Source of the DNA: Alphaproteobacteria bacterium
GTDB taxonomy: Bacteria > Pseudomonadota > Alphaproteobacteria > UBA828
Direction: 5' to 3'
Assembly (NCBI GenBank): GCA_963422645.2
Contig: CAXXVO010000010.1
Location: 26,303-90,302 of the forward strand
Length of the DNA: 64,000 bases
In this document: piece by piece, positions 20,404 to 30,673 of the stretch
Layout: every line of letters starts with the position of its first letter
Numbering within the stretch: position 1 is the first letter of the stretch
The notes under the pieces: generated by a model
The model's input: only the letters and a program-made list of their open reading frames with translations
The model's database searches: none
What the model was told of the DNA's origin: nothing
Made by a program: the position numbers and the translations under genes

Positions 20404-21435
20404 ATGAAGTTCGGTCTGCTCTTCGCTCACCAGGTGCCGCCGGAGAGCGGCATTTCGAGCCAGGAAACCTACCGGGACATGCTGCGCTGCCTGCCGTGGG
20501 CAGAAGAGCTCGGCTACGTCTCCGCCTTCCAGTGCTCCCACCACATCCAGAAGGACGGTTTTTGCCCGGGCCCGCTGGTGGCGATGGCCGGCGCCGCGGC
20601 GGTCACCCAGCGGATGCGGATCGGCACGGCGGTTCTGCTGGTGCCGCTCTACGCCCCGCTCAAGCTCGCCGAGGATGTCGCGGTGATCGACAACCTCTCG
20701 GGCGGGCGCTTCGTCTTCGGCGTGGCGCCGGGGTACGTCACGCAGGAGTTCGCGGCCCACGGCGTGCCGCGGGAGGAACGCGTCGGCCGCTTTGAGGAAG
20801 CGCTCGATCTGATGGTCCAGGCCTGGACCGGGGAGCCTTTCTCCTTCGAGGGGCGCTACTACCGGGTGCCGGAGGGGCGGGTGACGCCGAAGCCGGTGCA
20901 AAGCCCGCATCCGCCCATCTGGTACGGGGTCTCTGCGCCCGGCTCTCTGCGCCGGGCGGCGGCGCGGCGCTCAGTGCAGATCATGTCGCCGCGCCACGGG
21001 CTCGCCGAGCTCGAAGCCCACTTCGAGCCATACGAAGCGGCTGCCGAGGCCGCCGGCTGGGAGATTCCGGAGCGGCCGATCATCCGCCAGGTGTTCGTCG
21101 CGCCGACCATGGCGGAGGCGGAGGCGAAGGCCGCACCTGCGGTGGACTACCTCTACCGCGAGCTCTACGGCGCTGCGTCGGCCGCCGGCGACCGGGTGCT
21201 GCGGCGGGACGACGGCAGCGTGATCGACGACCCCACCGAGGTCGCGTTCACGACCTTCAAGGACCGCTACATCATCGGCGATCCGGACTTCGCGATCCGC
21301 AGCATTCGGGACTATCAGGCGGCGGTGAACCCGAGCGAGATGATCTGCTGGATGCACATGCCGGGCGTTGCCGGCGCCGACGCAAAGGCCTCGGTCGAGC
21401 TCTTCGCCAGCGAAGTGATGCCGCACTTCCGATAG
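20404..21435 (+). CDS. LLM-class flavin-dependent oxidoreductase
   Basis: AEELGY, RIGTAVL, LAEDVAVIDNLSGGR and PKPVQSPHPPIW. Confidence 0.92.
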   Translation: MKFGLLFAHQVPPESGISSQETYRDMLRCLPWAEELGYVSAFQCSHHIQKDGFCPGPLVAMAGAAAVTQRMRIGTAVLLVPLYAPLKLAEDVAVIDNLSGGRFVFGVAPGYVTQEFAAHGVPREERVGRFEEALDLMVQAWTGEPFSFEGRYYRVPEGRVTPKPVQSPHPPIWYGVSAPGSLRRAAARRSVQIMSPRHGLAELEAHFEPYEAAAEAAGWEIPERPIIRQVFVAPTMAEAEAKAAPAVDYLYRELYGAASAAGDRVLRRDDGSVIDDPTEVAFTTFKDRYIIGDPDFAIRSIRDYQAAVNPSEMICWMHMPGVAGADAKASVELFASEVMPHFR

Positions 21436-21542
21436 ATCCGCGTTTCCGAACAATCAGATAATGTGGTCACACTGTGGTCTTGCACCCGGTCTCCCTGCGG
21501 CGTAGGGTGGGAAGGTCGCTCAGTTTCCAGGAAGCATCGGCT

Positions 21543-21854
21543 ATGGAATACGCCTTGCGCGATGCCAAGGCTCACCTTTCCAAGCTCATCAGGGACGCTC
21601 AGAACGGCAAACGTGTGGTCATCACCAAGCACGGCGAGCCGGTTGTCGAACTCGTGCGCTGCGCGGGGCGGGGCGGAATCGACTTCGACAAGCTGGAAGC
21701 GGACCGCCGGCGCCTTGGGATCGAGGACGCCTCCCCGGAAGAAGCCGAGGCGATGATCGCCGCCTTTCAAGATCCGGCGCTGAGCCGCCGGGTGCTCGGA
21801 CTCGAAGACAAAACAGTCATGGTCCCCGCGGTTCTGAGCCACCCCGTGGCATGA
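21543..21854 (+). CDS. Phd/YefM family antitoxin; native C-terminus replaced by IS110 read-through
   Basis: MEYALRDAKAHLSKLI...VVITKHGEPVVEL. The reconstructed native end is ...LEDKE* using the TAG at 30658-30660. Confidence 0.88.
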   Translation: MEYALRDAKAHLSKLIRDAQNGKRVVITKHGEPVVELVRCAGRGGIDFDKLEADRRRLGIEDASPEEAEAMIAAFQDPALSRRVLGLEDKTVMVPAVLSHPVA

Positions 21855-21920
21855 AACAGGAGCGGTTCGGCTGACGTTTTCCTTGCGCTTGCACCCATTT
21901 GCCGTGTCAGGATGGGTATT

Positions 21921-22103
21921 GGCGGAGGTGGGGACGTGTGAGCGTCGTTATATCGGTGACGTAGTTCCCGATGACAAAACTGCTTCCGGCGGCCGGCTCC
22001 GCACCCCGTATTGTACCCGGCCCGTGGCCGTGGACGCGCGGCAAATTGCACCGCACCCGCTCGTCGGATGCGTGTTCTTCCGACCGCTGTCCCCGCCTCC
22101 ACC
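21921..22103 (+). ncRNA. Candidate IS110 bridge RNA (repeated in each copy)
   Basis: Lies in the ~350-bp non-coding left end. Closing stem GGCGGAGGTGGGGAC / GTCCCCGCCTCCACC; internal segments match target (GATGACAAA) and donor (CGCGGCAAA). Confidence 0.65.
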
Positions 22104-22165
22104 GTGGCGATGCCACGGCGTGATCGTACGCCGCCGTGGCGAGAGCGCAAATGAGGAGGAAGGCG

Positions 22166-23416
22166 ATGAAGACGGAAGGCTTGCACGTCGTCCGGCCGCG
22201 CGCGGCGGGTCTGGACGTGCACAAGATGGAGATCACCGCGACGGTTCGCCTCTGTGAGGGCGAGGGTGAGCCGGTGGTGGAGACGCGCTGCTTCGGCACG
22301 CTGCCGAGCGGTCTGGAGGAGATGGTCGCGTGGCTGACCGGTCACGGCGTCGAGGCTGCGGTGATGGAAGGGACCGGGGTCTACTGGCAGGCGCCCTTCG
22401 CGGCCCTGGAGGCGGCCGGGCTCGAGGCGATCCTGGTGCATGCGCGTCAGGTGAAGCAGTTGAAGGGGCGCAAGACCGACGTGGCGGACAGCGTGTGGCT
22501 GGCCTGCGTGTGCCAGTTCGGGCTCTGCACGCCTTCCCACGTTCCGCCTGAGCCGTTCCGGGAGCTGCGCGCACTGAGCCGCCAGCGCCGCGTCCTGGTC
22601 AGGCAGCGCTCCGCCGTGCGCAACCGCGTGCAGAAGATCATCGACCGCGCCGGTGCGCGCATCGGCGGCATCCTCTCCGACGTCTTCGGCGTCAACGGCC
22701 GGAAGATCCTCGACGGCCTGGCGCAGGGGACGGCGCGCGAGGTCATCCTCGCCTCGCTCACCAGCCACGTTGCGAACAAGCTGGAGGGGCTCGGCGAGGC
22801 GCTCACCCTGAGCCTGGGCGACAACGACCGCTTCATGCTCAACGACCTGCTGGAGGAGCATGACGCGCTTGAGGCGCGCATCGCGTCCTACACCAGGAAG
22901 ATCGACGGGCAGATGACACCGTGGGAGGAGCAGCTCCGTCTGCTGACCACCATCCCCGGCATCGACCGCACCGCCGCCTCGACCATCCTCATCGAGATCG
23001 GCCCCGACATCGGCGTGTTCGCCTCCAAGGAGCACTTCGCCGCCTGGGCCGGGCTCTGCCCCGGCAACAACGAGAGCGGGGGCAAGCGCCGCAACGCACG
23101 CACCCGCATGGGCTCCAAGACCCTGCGCGCCTGCCTCGTCGAGTGTGCCCACGGCGCGGCCCGAACCAAGGGGTGCCAGTTCGAGGCTCATCACCGCGCC
23201 CTCGCCGCCCGGCGCGGCTACAAGCGCGCCATCGTCGCCGGCGCTCACAAGATGCTGCGCATCATCTATGTGGTGCTCAAGACCGGCAGGCCCTACTACG
23301 ACCGCACGGCCGACTACGACGCTCTGATGGTCAAGCGCAACGCTCCTCGGTGGATCCGCATGCTCCGCCGCTACGGCTACATCGAGCCCGTAGGCGCGGA
23401 ACTCAAGGCCGCCTGA
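22166..23416 (+). CDS. IS110 family recombinase, copy 1
   Basis: RuvC-like DEDD motifs GLDVHK, MEGTG and KTDVAD; Tnp-domain serine in NESGGK; RBS GAGGAGG. Confidence 0.95.
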   Translation: MKTEGLHVVRPRAAGLDVHKMEITATVRLCEGEGEPVVETRCFGTLPSGLEEMVAWLTGHGVEAAVMEGTGVYWQAPFAALEAAGLEAILVHARQVKQLKGRKTDVADSVWLACVCQFGLCTPSHVPPEPFRELRALSRQRRVLVRQRSAVRNRVQKIIDRAGARIGGILSDVFGVNGRKILDGLAQGTAREVILASLTSHVANKLEGLGEALTLSLGDNDRFMLNDLLEEHDALEARIASYTRKIDGQMTPWEEQLRLLTTIPGIDRTAASTILIEIGPDIGVFASKEHFAAWAGLCPGNNESGGKRRNARTRMGSKTLRACLVECAHGAARTKGCQFEAHHRALAARRGYKRAIVAGAHKMLRIIYVVLKTGRPYYDRTADYDALMVKRNAPRWIRMLRRYGYIEPVGAELKAA

Positions 23417-23933
23417 GCGGCCCGCATCTCGTCAGCCGGCTACGCGGGACCGCTTCGGACCACATCGGGGAAGTCCACCGCTCGTCTCCGCCGCGCCGAC
23501 CCTGGCGGTCTCAGCCAACGCCGTGACCTCGGGGTTGGAGCGTCACCGCGCGTCCCTCGCCAGAATCTGTTTCACGGCAAACAGTCATGGTCCCCGCGGT
23601 TCTGAGCCACCCCGTGGCATGAAACAGGAGCGGTTCGGCTGACGTTTTCCTTGCGCTTGCACCCATTTGCCGTGTCAGGATGGGTATTGGCGGAGGTGGG
23701 GACGTGTGAGCGTCGTTATATCGGTGACGTAGTTCCCGATGACAAAACTGCTTCCGGCGGCCGGCTCCGCACCCCGTATTGTACCCGGCCCGTGGCCGTG
23801 GACGCGCGGCAAATTGCACCGCACCCGCTCGTCGGATGCGTGTTCTTCCGACCGCTGTCCCCGCCTCCACCGTGGCGATGCCACGGCGTGATCGTACGCC
23901 GCCGTGGCGAGAGCGCAAATGAGGAGGAAGGCG

Positions 23934-25184
23934 ATGAAGACGGAAGGCTTGCACGTCGTCCGGCCGCGCGCGGCGGGTCTGGACGTGCACAAGATGGAGA
24001 TCACCGCGACGGTTCGCCTCTGTGAGGGCGAGGGTGAGCCGGTGGTGGAGACGCGCTGCTTCGGCACGCTGCCGAGCGGTCTGGAGGAGATGGTCGCGTG
24101 GCTGACCGGTCACGGCGTCGAGGCTGCGGTGATGGAAGGGACCGGGGTCTACTGGCAGGCGCCCTTCGCGGCCCTGGAGGCGGCCGGGCTCGAGGCGATC
24201 CTGGTGCATGCGCGTCAGGTGAAGCAGTTGAAGGGGCGCAAGACCGACGTGGCGGACAGCGTGTGGCTGGCCTGCGTGTGCCAGTTCGGGCTCTGCACGC
24301 CTTCCCACGTTCCGCCTGAGCCGTTCCGGGAGCTGCGCGCACTGAGCCGCCAGCGCCGCGTCCTGGTCAGGCAGCGCTCCGCCGTGCGCAACCGCGTGCA
24401 GAAGATCATCGACCGCGCCGGTGCGCGCATCGGCGGCATCCTCTCCGACGTCTTCGGCGTCAACGGCCGGAAGATCCTCGACGGCCTGGCGCAGGGGACG
24501 GCGCGCGAGGTCATCCTCGCCTCGCTCACCAGCCACGTTGCGAACAAGCTGGAGGGGCTCGGCGAGGCGCTCACCCTGAGCCTGGGCGACAACGACCGCT
24601 TCATGCTCAACGACCTGCTGGAGGAGCATGACGCGCTTGAGGCGCGCATCGCGTCCTACACCAGGAAGATCGACGGGCAGATGACACCGTGGGAGGAGCA
24701 GCTCCGTCTGCTGACCACCATCCCCGGCATCGACCGCACCGCCGCCTCGACCATCCTCATCGAGATCGGCCCCGACATCGGCGTGTTCGCCTCCAAGGAG
24801 CACTTCGCCGCCTGGGCCGGGCTCTGCCCCGGCAACAACGAGAGCGGGGGCAAGCGCCGCAACGCACGCACCCGCATGGGCTCCAAGACCCTGCGCGCCT
24901 GCCTCGTCGAGTGTGCCCACGGCGCGGCCCGAACCAAGGGGTGCCAGTTCGAGGCTCATCACCGCGCCCTCGCCGCCCGGCGCGGCTACAAGCGCGCCAT
25001 CGTCGCCGGCGCTCACAAGATGCTGCGCATCATCTATGTGGTGCTCAAGACCGGCAGGCCCTACTACGACCGCACGGCCGACTACGACGCTCTGATGGTC
25101 AAGCGCAACGCTCCTCGGTGGATCCGCATGCTCCGCCGCTACGGCTACATCGAGCCCGTAGGCGCGGAACTCAAGGCCGCCTGA
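23934..25184 (+). CDS. IS110 family recombinase, copy 2
   Basis: Translation identical to copy 1. Confidence 0.95.
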   Translation: MKTEGLHVVRPRAAGLDVHKMEITATVRLCEGEGEPVVETRCFGTLPSGLEEMVAWLTGHGVEAAVMEGTGVYWQAPFAALEAAGLEAILVHARQVKQLKGRKTDVADSVWLACVCQFGLCTPSHVPPEPFRELRALSRQRRVLVRQRSAVRNRVQKIIDRAGARIGGILSDVFGVNGRKILDGLAQGTAREVILASLTSHVANKLEGLGEALTLSLGDNDRFMLNDLLEEHDALEARIASYTRKIDGQMTPWEEQLRLLTTIPGIDRTAASTILIEIGPDIGVFASKEHFAAWAGLCPGNNESGGKRRNARTRMGSKTLRACLVECAHGAARTKGCQFEAHHRALAARRGYKRAIVAGAHKMLRIIYVVLKTGRPYYDRTADYDALMVKRNAPRWIRMLRRYGYIEPVGAELKAA

Positions 25185-25701
25185 GCGGCCCGCATCTCGT
25201 CAGCCGGCTACGCGGGACCGCTTCGGACCACATCGGGGAAGTCCACCGCTCGTCTCCGCCGCGCCGACCCTGGCGGTCTCAGCCAACGCCGTGACCTCGG
25301 GGTTGGAGCGTCACCGCGCGTCCCTCGCCAGAATCTGTTTCACGGCAAACAGTCATGGTCCCCGCGGTTCTGAGCCACCCCGTGGCATGAAACAGGAGCG
25401 GTTCGGCTGACGTTTTCCTTGCGCTTGCACCCATTTGCCGTGTCAGGATGGGTATTGGCGGAGGTGGGGACGTGTGAGCGTCGTTATATCGGTGACGTAG
25501 TTCCCGATGACAAAACTGCTTCCGGCGGCCGGCTCCGCACCCCGTATTGTACCCGGCCCGTGGCCGTGGACGCGCGGCAAATTGCACCGCACCCGCTCGT
25601 CGGATGCGTGTTCTTCCGACCGCTGTCCCCGCCTCCACCGTGGCGATGCCACGGCGTGATCGTACGCCGCCGTGGCGAGAGCGCAAATGAGGAGGAAGGC
25701 G

Positions 25702-26952
25702 ATGAAGACGGAAGGCTTGCACGTCGTCCGGCCGCGCGCGGCGGGTCTGGACGTGCACAAGATGGAGATCACCGCGACGGTTCGCCTCTGTGAGGGCGAG
25801 GGTGAGCCGGTGGTGGAGACGCGCTGCTTCGGCACGCTGCCGAGCGGTCTGGAGGAGATGGTCGCGTGGCTGACCGGTCACGGCGTCGAGGCTGCGGTGA
25901 TGGAAGGGACCGGGGTCTACTGGCAGGCGCCCTTCGCGGCCCTGGAGGCGGCCGGGCTCGAGGCGATCCTGGTGCATGCGCGTCAGGTGAAGCAGTTGAA
26001 GGGGCGCAAGACCGACGTGGCGGACAGCGTGTGGCTGGCCTGCGTGTGCCAGTTCGGGCTCTGCACGCCTTCCCACGTTCCGCCTGAGCCGTTCCGGGAG
26101 CTGCGCGCACTGAGCCGCCAGCGCCGCGTCCTGGTCAGGCAGCGCTCCGCCGTGCGCAACCGCGTGCAGAAGATCATCGACCGCGCCGGTGCGCGCATCG
26201 GCGGCATCCTCTCCGACGTCTTCGGCGTCAACGGCCGGAAGATCCTCGACGGCCTGGCGCAGGGGACGGCGCGCGAGGTCATCCTCGCCTCGCTCACCAG
26301 CCACGTTGCGAACAAGCTGGAGGGGCTCGGCGAGGCGCTCACCCTGAGCCTGGGCGACAACGACCGCTTCATGCTCAACGACCTGCTGGAGGAGCATGAC
26401 GCGCTTGAGGCGCGCATCGCGTCCTACACCAGGAAGATCGACGGGCAGATGACACCGTGGGAGGAGCAGCTCCGTCTGCTGACCACCATCCCCGGCATCG
26501 ACCGCACCGCCGCCTCGACCATCCTCATCGAGATCGGCCCCGACATCGGCGTGTTCGCCTCCAAGGAGCACTTCGCCGCCTGGGCCGGGCTCTGCCCCGG
26601 CAACAACGAGAGCGGGGGCAAGCGCCGCAACGCACGCACCCGCATGGGCTCCAAGACCCTGCGCGCCTGCCTCGTCGAGTGTGCCCACGGCGCGGCCCGA
26701 ACCAAGGGGTGCCAGTTCGAGGCTCATCACCGCGCCCTCGCCGCCCGGCGCGGCTACAAGCGCGCCATCGTCGCCGGCGCTCACAAGATGCTGCGCATCA
26801 TCTATGTGGTGCTCAAGACCGGCAGGCCCTACTACGACCGCACGGCCGACTACGACGCTCTGATGGTCAAGCGCAACGCTCCTCGGTGGATCCGCATGCT
26901 CCGCCGCTACGGCTACATCGAGCCCGTAGGCGCGGAACTCAAGGCCGCCTGA
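25702..26952 (+). CDS. IS110 family recombinase, copy 3
   Basis: Translation identical to copy 1. Confidence 0.95.
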   Translation: MKTEGLHVVRPRAAGLDVHKMEITATVRLCEGEGEPVVETRCFGTLPSGLEEMVAWLTGHGVEAAVMEGTGVYWQAPFAALEAAGLEAILVHARQVKQLKGRKTDVADSVWLACVCQFGLCTPSHVPPEPFRELRALSRQRRVLVRQRSAVRNRVQKIIDRAGARIGGILSDVFGVNGRKILDGLAQGTAREVILASLTSHVANKLEGLGEALTLSLGDNDRFMLNDLLEEHDALEARIASYTRKIDGQMTPWEEQLRLLTTIPGIDRTAASTILIEIGPDIGVFASKEHFAAWAGLCPGNNESGGKRRNARTRMGSKTLRACLVECAHGAARTKGCQFEAHHRALAARRGYKRAIVAGAHKMLRIIYVVLKTGRPYYDRTADYDALMVKRNAPRWIRMLRRYGYIEPVGAELKAA

Positions 26953-27470
26953 GCGGCCCGCATCTCGTCAGCCGGCTACGCGGGACCGCTTCGGACCACA
27001 TCGGGGAAGTCCACCGCTCGTCTCCGCCGCGCCGACCCTGGCGGTCTCAGCCAACGCCGTGACCTCGGGGTTGGAGCGTCACCGCGCGTCCCTCGCCAGA
27101 ATCTGTTTCACGGCAAAACAGTCATGGTCCCCGCGGTTCTGAGCCACCCCGTGGCATGAAACAGGAGCGGTTCGGCTGACGTTTTCCTTGCGCTTGCACC
27201 CATTTGCCGTGTCAGGATGGGTATTGGCGGAGGTGGGGACGTGTGAGCGTCGTTATATCGGTGACGTAGTTCCCGATGACAAAACTGCTTCCGGCGGCCG
27301 GCTCCGCACCCCGTATTGTACCCGGCCCGTGGCCGTGGACGCGCGGCAAATTGCACCGCACCCGCTCGTCGGATGCGTGTTCTTCCGACCGCTGTCCCCG
27401 CCTCCACCGTGGCGATGCCACGGCGTGATCGTACGCCGCCGTGGCGAGAGCGCAAATGAGGAGGAAGGCG

Positions 27471-28721
27471 ATGAAGACGGAAGGCTTGCACGTCGTCCGG
27501 CCGCGCGCGGCGGGTCTGGACGTGCACAAGATGGAGATCACCGCGACGGTTCGCCTCTGTGAGGGCGAGGGTGAGCCGGTGGTGGAGACGCGCTGCTTCG
27601 GCACGCTGCCGAGCGGTCTGGAGGAGATGGTCGCGTGGCTGACCGGTCACGGCGTCGAGGCTGCGGTGATGGAAGGGACCGGGGTCTACTGGCAGGCGCC
27701 CTTCGCGGCCCTGGAGGCGGCCGGGCTCGAGGCGATCCTGGTGCATGCGCGTCAGGTGAAGCAGTTGAAGGGGCGCAAGACCGACGTGGCGGACAGCGTG
27801 TGGCTGGCCTGCGTGTGCCAGTTCGGGCTCTGCACGCCTTCCCACGTTCCGCCTGAGCCGTTCCGGGAGCTGCGCGCACTGAGCCGCCAGCGCCGCGTCC
27901 TGGTCAGGCAGCGCTCCGCCGTGCGCAACCGCGTGCAGAAGATCATCGACCGCGCCGGTGCGCGCATCGGCGGCATCCTCTCCGACGTCTTCGGCGTCAA
28001 CGGCCGGAAGATCCTCGACGGCCTGGCGCAGGGGACGGCGCGCGAGGTCATCCTCGCCTCGCTCACCAGCCACGTTGCGAACAAGCTGGAGGGGCTCGGC
28101 GAGGCGCTCACCCTGAGCCTGGGCGACAACGACCGCTTCATGCTCAACGACCTGCTGGAGGAGCATGACGCGCTTGAGGCGCGCATCGCGTCCTACACCA
28201 GGAAGATCGACGGGCAGATGACACCGTGGGAGGAGCAGCTCCGTCTGCTGACCACCATCCCCGGCATCGACCGCACCGCCGCCTCGACCATCCTCATCGA
28301 GATCGGCCCCGACATCGGCGTGTTCGCCTCCAAGGAGCACTTCGCCGCCTGGGCCGGGCTCTGCCCCGGCAACAACGAGAGCGGGGGCAAGCGCCGCAAC
28401 GCACGCACCCGCATGGGCTCCAAGACCCTGCGCGCCTGCCTCGTCGAGTGTGCCCACGGCGCGGCCCGAACCAAGGGGTGCCAGTTCGAGGCTCATCACC
28501 GCGCCCTCGCCGCCCGGCGCGGCTACAAGCGCGCCATCGTCGCCGGCGCTCACAAGATGCTGCGCATCATCTATGTGGTGCTCAAGACCGGCAGGCCCTA
28601 CTACGACCGCACGGCCGACTACGACGCTCTGATGGTCAAGCGCAACGCTCCTCGGTGGATCCGCATGCTCCGCCGCTACGGCTACATCGAGCCCGTAGGC
28701 GCGGAACTCAAGGCCGCCTGA
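27471..28721 (+). CDS. IS110 family recombinase, copy 4
   Basis: Translation identical to copy 1. Confidence 0.95.
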   Translation: MKTEGLHVVRPRAAGLDVHKMEITATVRLCEGEGEPVVETRCFGTLPSGLEEMVAWLTGHGVEAAVMEGTGVYWQAPFAALEAAGLEAILVHARQVKQLKGRKTDVADSVWLACVCQFGLCTPSHVPPEPFRELRALSRQRRVLVRQRSAVRNRVQKIIDRAGARIGGILSDVFGVNGRKILDGLAQGTAREVILASLTSHVANKLEGLGEALTLSLGDNDRFMLNDLLEEHDALEARIASYTRKIDGQMTPWEEQLRLLTTIPGIDRTAASTILIEIGPDIGVFASKEHFAAWAGLCPGNNESGGKRRNARTRMGSKTLRACLVECAHGAARTKGCQFEAHHRALAARRGYKRAIVAGAHKMLRIIYVVLKTGRPYYDRTADYDALMVKRNAPRWIRMLRRYGYIEPVGAELKAA

Positions 28722-29239
28722 GCGGCCCGCATCTCGTCAGCCGGCTACGCGGGACCGCTTCGGACCACATCGGGGAAGTCCACCGCTCGTCTCCGCCGCG
28801 CCGACCCTGGCGGTCTCAGCCAACGCCGTGACCTCGGGGTTGGAGCGTCACCGCGCGTCCCTCGCCAGAATCTGTTTCACGGCAAAACAGTCATGGTCCC
28901 CGCGGTTCTGAGCCACCCCGTGGCATGAAACAGGAGCGGTTCGGCTGACGTTTTCCTTGCGCTTGCACCCATTTGCCGTGTCAGGATGGGTATTGGCGGA
29001 GGTGGGGACGTGTGAGCGTCGTTATATCGGTGACGTAGTTCCCGATGACAAAACTGCTTCCGGCGGCCGGCTCCGCACCCCGTATTGTACCCGGCCCGTG
29101 GCCGTGGACGCGCGGCAAATTGCACCGCACCCGCTCGTCGGATGCGTGTTCTTCCGACCGCTGTCCCCGCCTCCACCGTGGCGATGCCACGGCGTGATCG
29201 TACGCCGCCGTGGCGAGAGCGCAAATGAGGAGGAAGGCG

Positions 29240-30490
29240 ATGAAGACGGAAGGCTTGCACGTCGTCCGGCCGCGCGCGGCGGGTCTGGACGTGCACAAGA
29301 TGGAGATCACCGCGACGGTTCGCCTCTGTGAGGGCGAGGGTGAGCCGGTGGTGGAGACGCGCTGCTTCGGCACGCTGCCGAGCGGTCTGGAGGAGATGGT
29401 CGCGTGGCTGACCGGTCACGGCGTCGAGGCTGCGGTGATGGAAGGGACCGGGGTCTACTGGCAGGCGCCCTTCGCGGCCCTGGAGGCGGCCGGGCTCGAG
29501 GCGATCCTGGTGCATGCGCGTCAGGTGAAGCAGTTGAAGGGGCGCAAGACCGACGTGGCGGACAGCGTGTGGCTGGCCTGCGTGTGCCAGTTCGGGCTCT
29601 GCACGCCTTCCCACGTTCCGCCTGAGCCGTTCCGGGAGCTGCGCGCACTGAGCCGCCAGCGCCGCGTCCTGGTCAGGCAGCGCTCCGCCGTGCGCAACCG
29701 CGTGCAGAAGATCATCGACCGCGCCGGTGCGCGCATCGGCGGCATCCTCTCCGACGTCTTCGGCGTCAACGGCCGGAAGATCCTCGACGGCCTGGCGCAG
29801 GGGACGGCGCGCGAGGTCATCCTCGCCTCGCTCACCAGCCACGTTGCGAACAAGCTGGAGGGGCTCGGCGAGGCGCTCACCCTGAGCCTGGGCGACAACG
29901 ACCGCTTCATGCTCAACGACCTGCTGGAGGAGCATGACGCGCTTGAGGCGCGCATCGCGTCCTACACCAGGAAGATCGACGGGCAGATGACACCGTGGGA
30001 GGAGCAGCTCCGTCTGCTGACCACCATCCCCGGCATCGACCGCACCGCCGCCTCGACCATCCTCATCGAGATCGGCCCCGACATCGGCGTGTTCGCCTCC
30101 AAGGAGCACTTCGCCGCCTGGGCCGGGCTCTGCCCCGGCAACAACGAGAGCGGGGGCAAGCGCCGCAACGCACGCACCCGCATGGGCTCCAAGACCCTGC
30201 GCGCCTGCCTCGTCGAGTGTGCCCACGGCGCGGCCCGAACCAAGGGGTGCCAGTTCGAGGCTCATCACCGCGCCCTCGCCGCCCGGCGCGGCTACAAGCG
30301 CGCCATCGTCGCCGGCGCTCACAAGATGCTGCGCATCATCTATGTGGTGCTCAAGACCGGCAGGCCCTACTACGACCGCACGGCCGACTACGACGCTCTG
30401 ATGGTCAAGCGCAACGCTCCTCGGTGGATCCGCATGCTCCGCCGCTACGGCTACATCGAGCCCGTAGGCGCGGAACTCAAGGCCGCCTGA
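29240..30490 (+). CDS. IS110 family recombinase, copy 5
   Basis: Translation identical to copy 1. Confidence 0.95.
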   Translation: MKTEGLHVVRPRAAGLDVHKMEITATVRLCEGEGEPVVETRCFGTLPSGLEEMVAWLTGHGVEAAVMEGTGVYWQAPFAALEAAGLEAILVHARQVKQLKGRKTDVADSVWLACVCQFGLCTPSHVPPEPFRELRALSRQRRVLVRQRSAVRNRVQKIIDRAGARIGGILSDVFGVNGRKILDGLAQGTAREVILASLTSHVANKLEGLGEALTLSLGDNDRFMLNDLLEEHDALEARIASYTRKIDGQMTPWEEQLRLLTTIPGIDRTAASTILIEIGPDIGVFASKEHFAAWAGLCPGNNESGGKRRNARTRMGSKTLRACLVECAHGAARTKGCQFEAHHRALAARRGYKRAIVAGAHKMLRIIYVVLKTGRPYYDRTADYDALMVKRNAPRWIRMLRRYGYIEPVGAELKAA

Positions 30491-30673
30491 GCGGCCCGCA
30501 TCTCGTCAGCCGGCTACGCGGGACCGCTTCGGACCACATCGGGGAAGTCCACCGCTCGTCTCCGCCGCGCCGACCCTGGCGGTCTCAGCCAACGCCGTGA
30601 CCTCGGGGTTGGAGCGTCACCGCGCGTCCCTCGCCAGAATCTGTTTCACGGCAAGAATAGCGGCCGAACACCG

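Larger units (their letters stand above)
21813..30652 (+). mobile_element. Five head-to-tail IS110-family elements, 1766 bp each (21813-23578, 23581-25346, 25349-27114, 27118-28883, 28887-30652)
   Basis: Identical translated ORFs at a 1768/1769-bp period; junctions CACGGC-AA(A)-ACAGTC. Confidence 0.95.

Noticed and set aside
21767-23248. Long antisense and alternative-frame ORFs over transposases and other genes (also 8305-9987, 31059-32636)
   Set aside because: Shadow ORFs are expected at high GC; they show no motifs and overlap well-supported genes.
21813-30652. CRISPR-like array
   Set aside because: The units are whole IS copies with no spacers, and there are no cas genes or short repeat-spacer arrays in the window.
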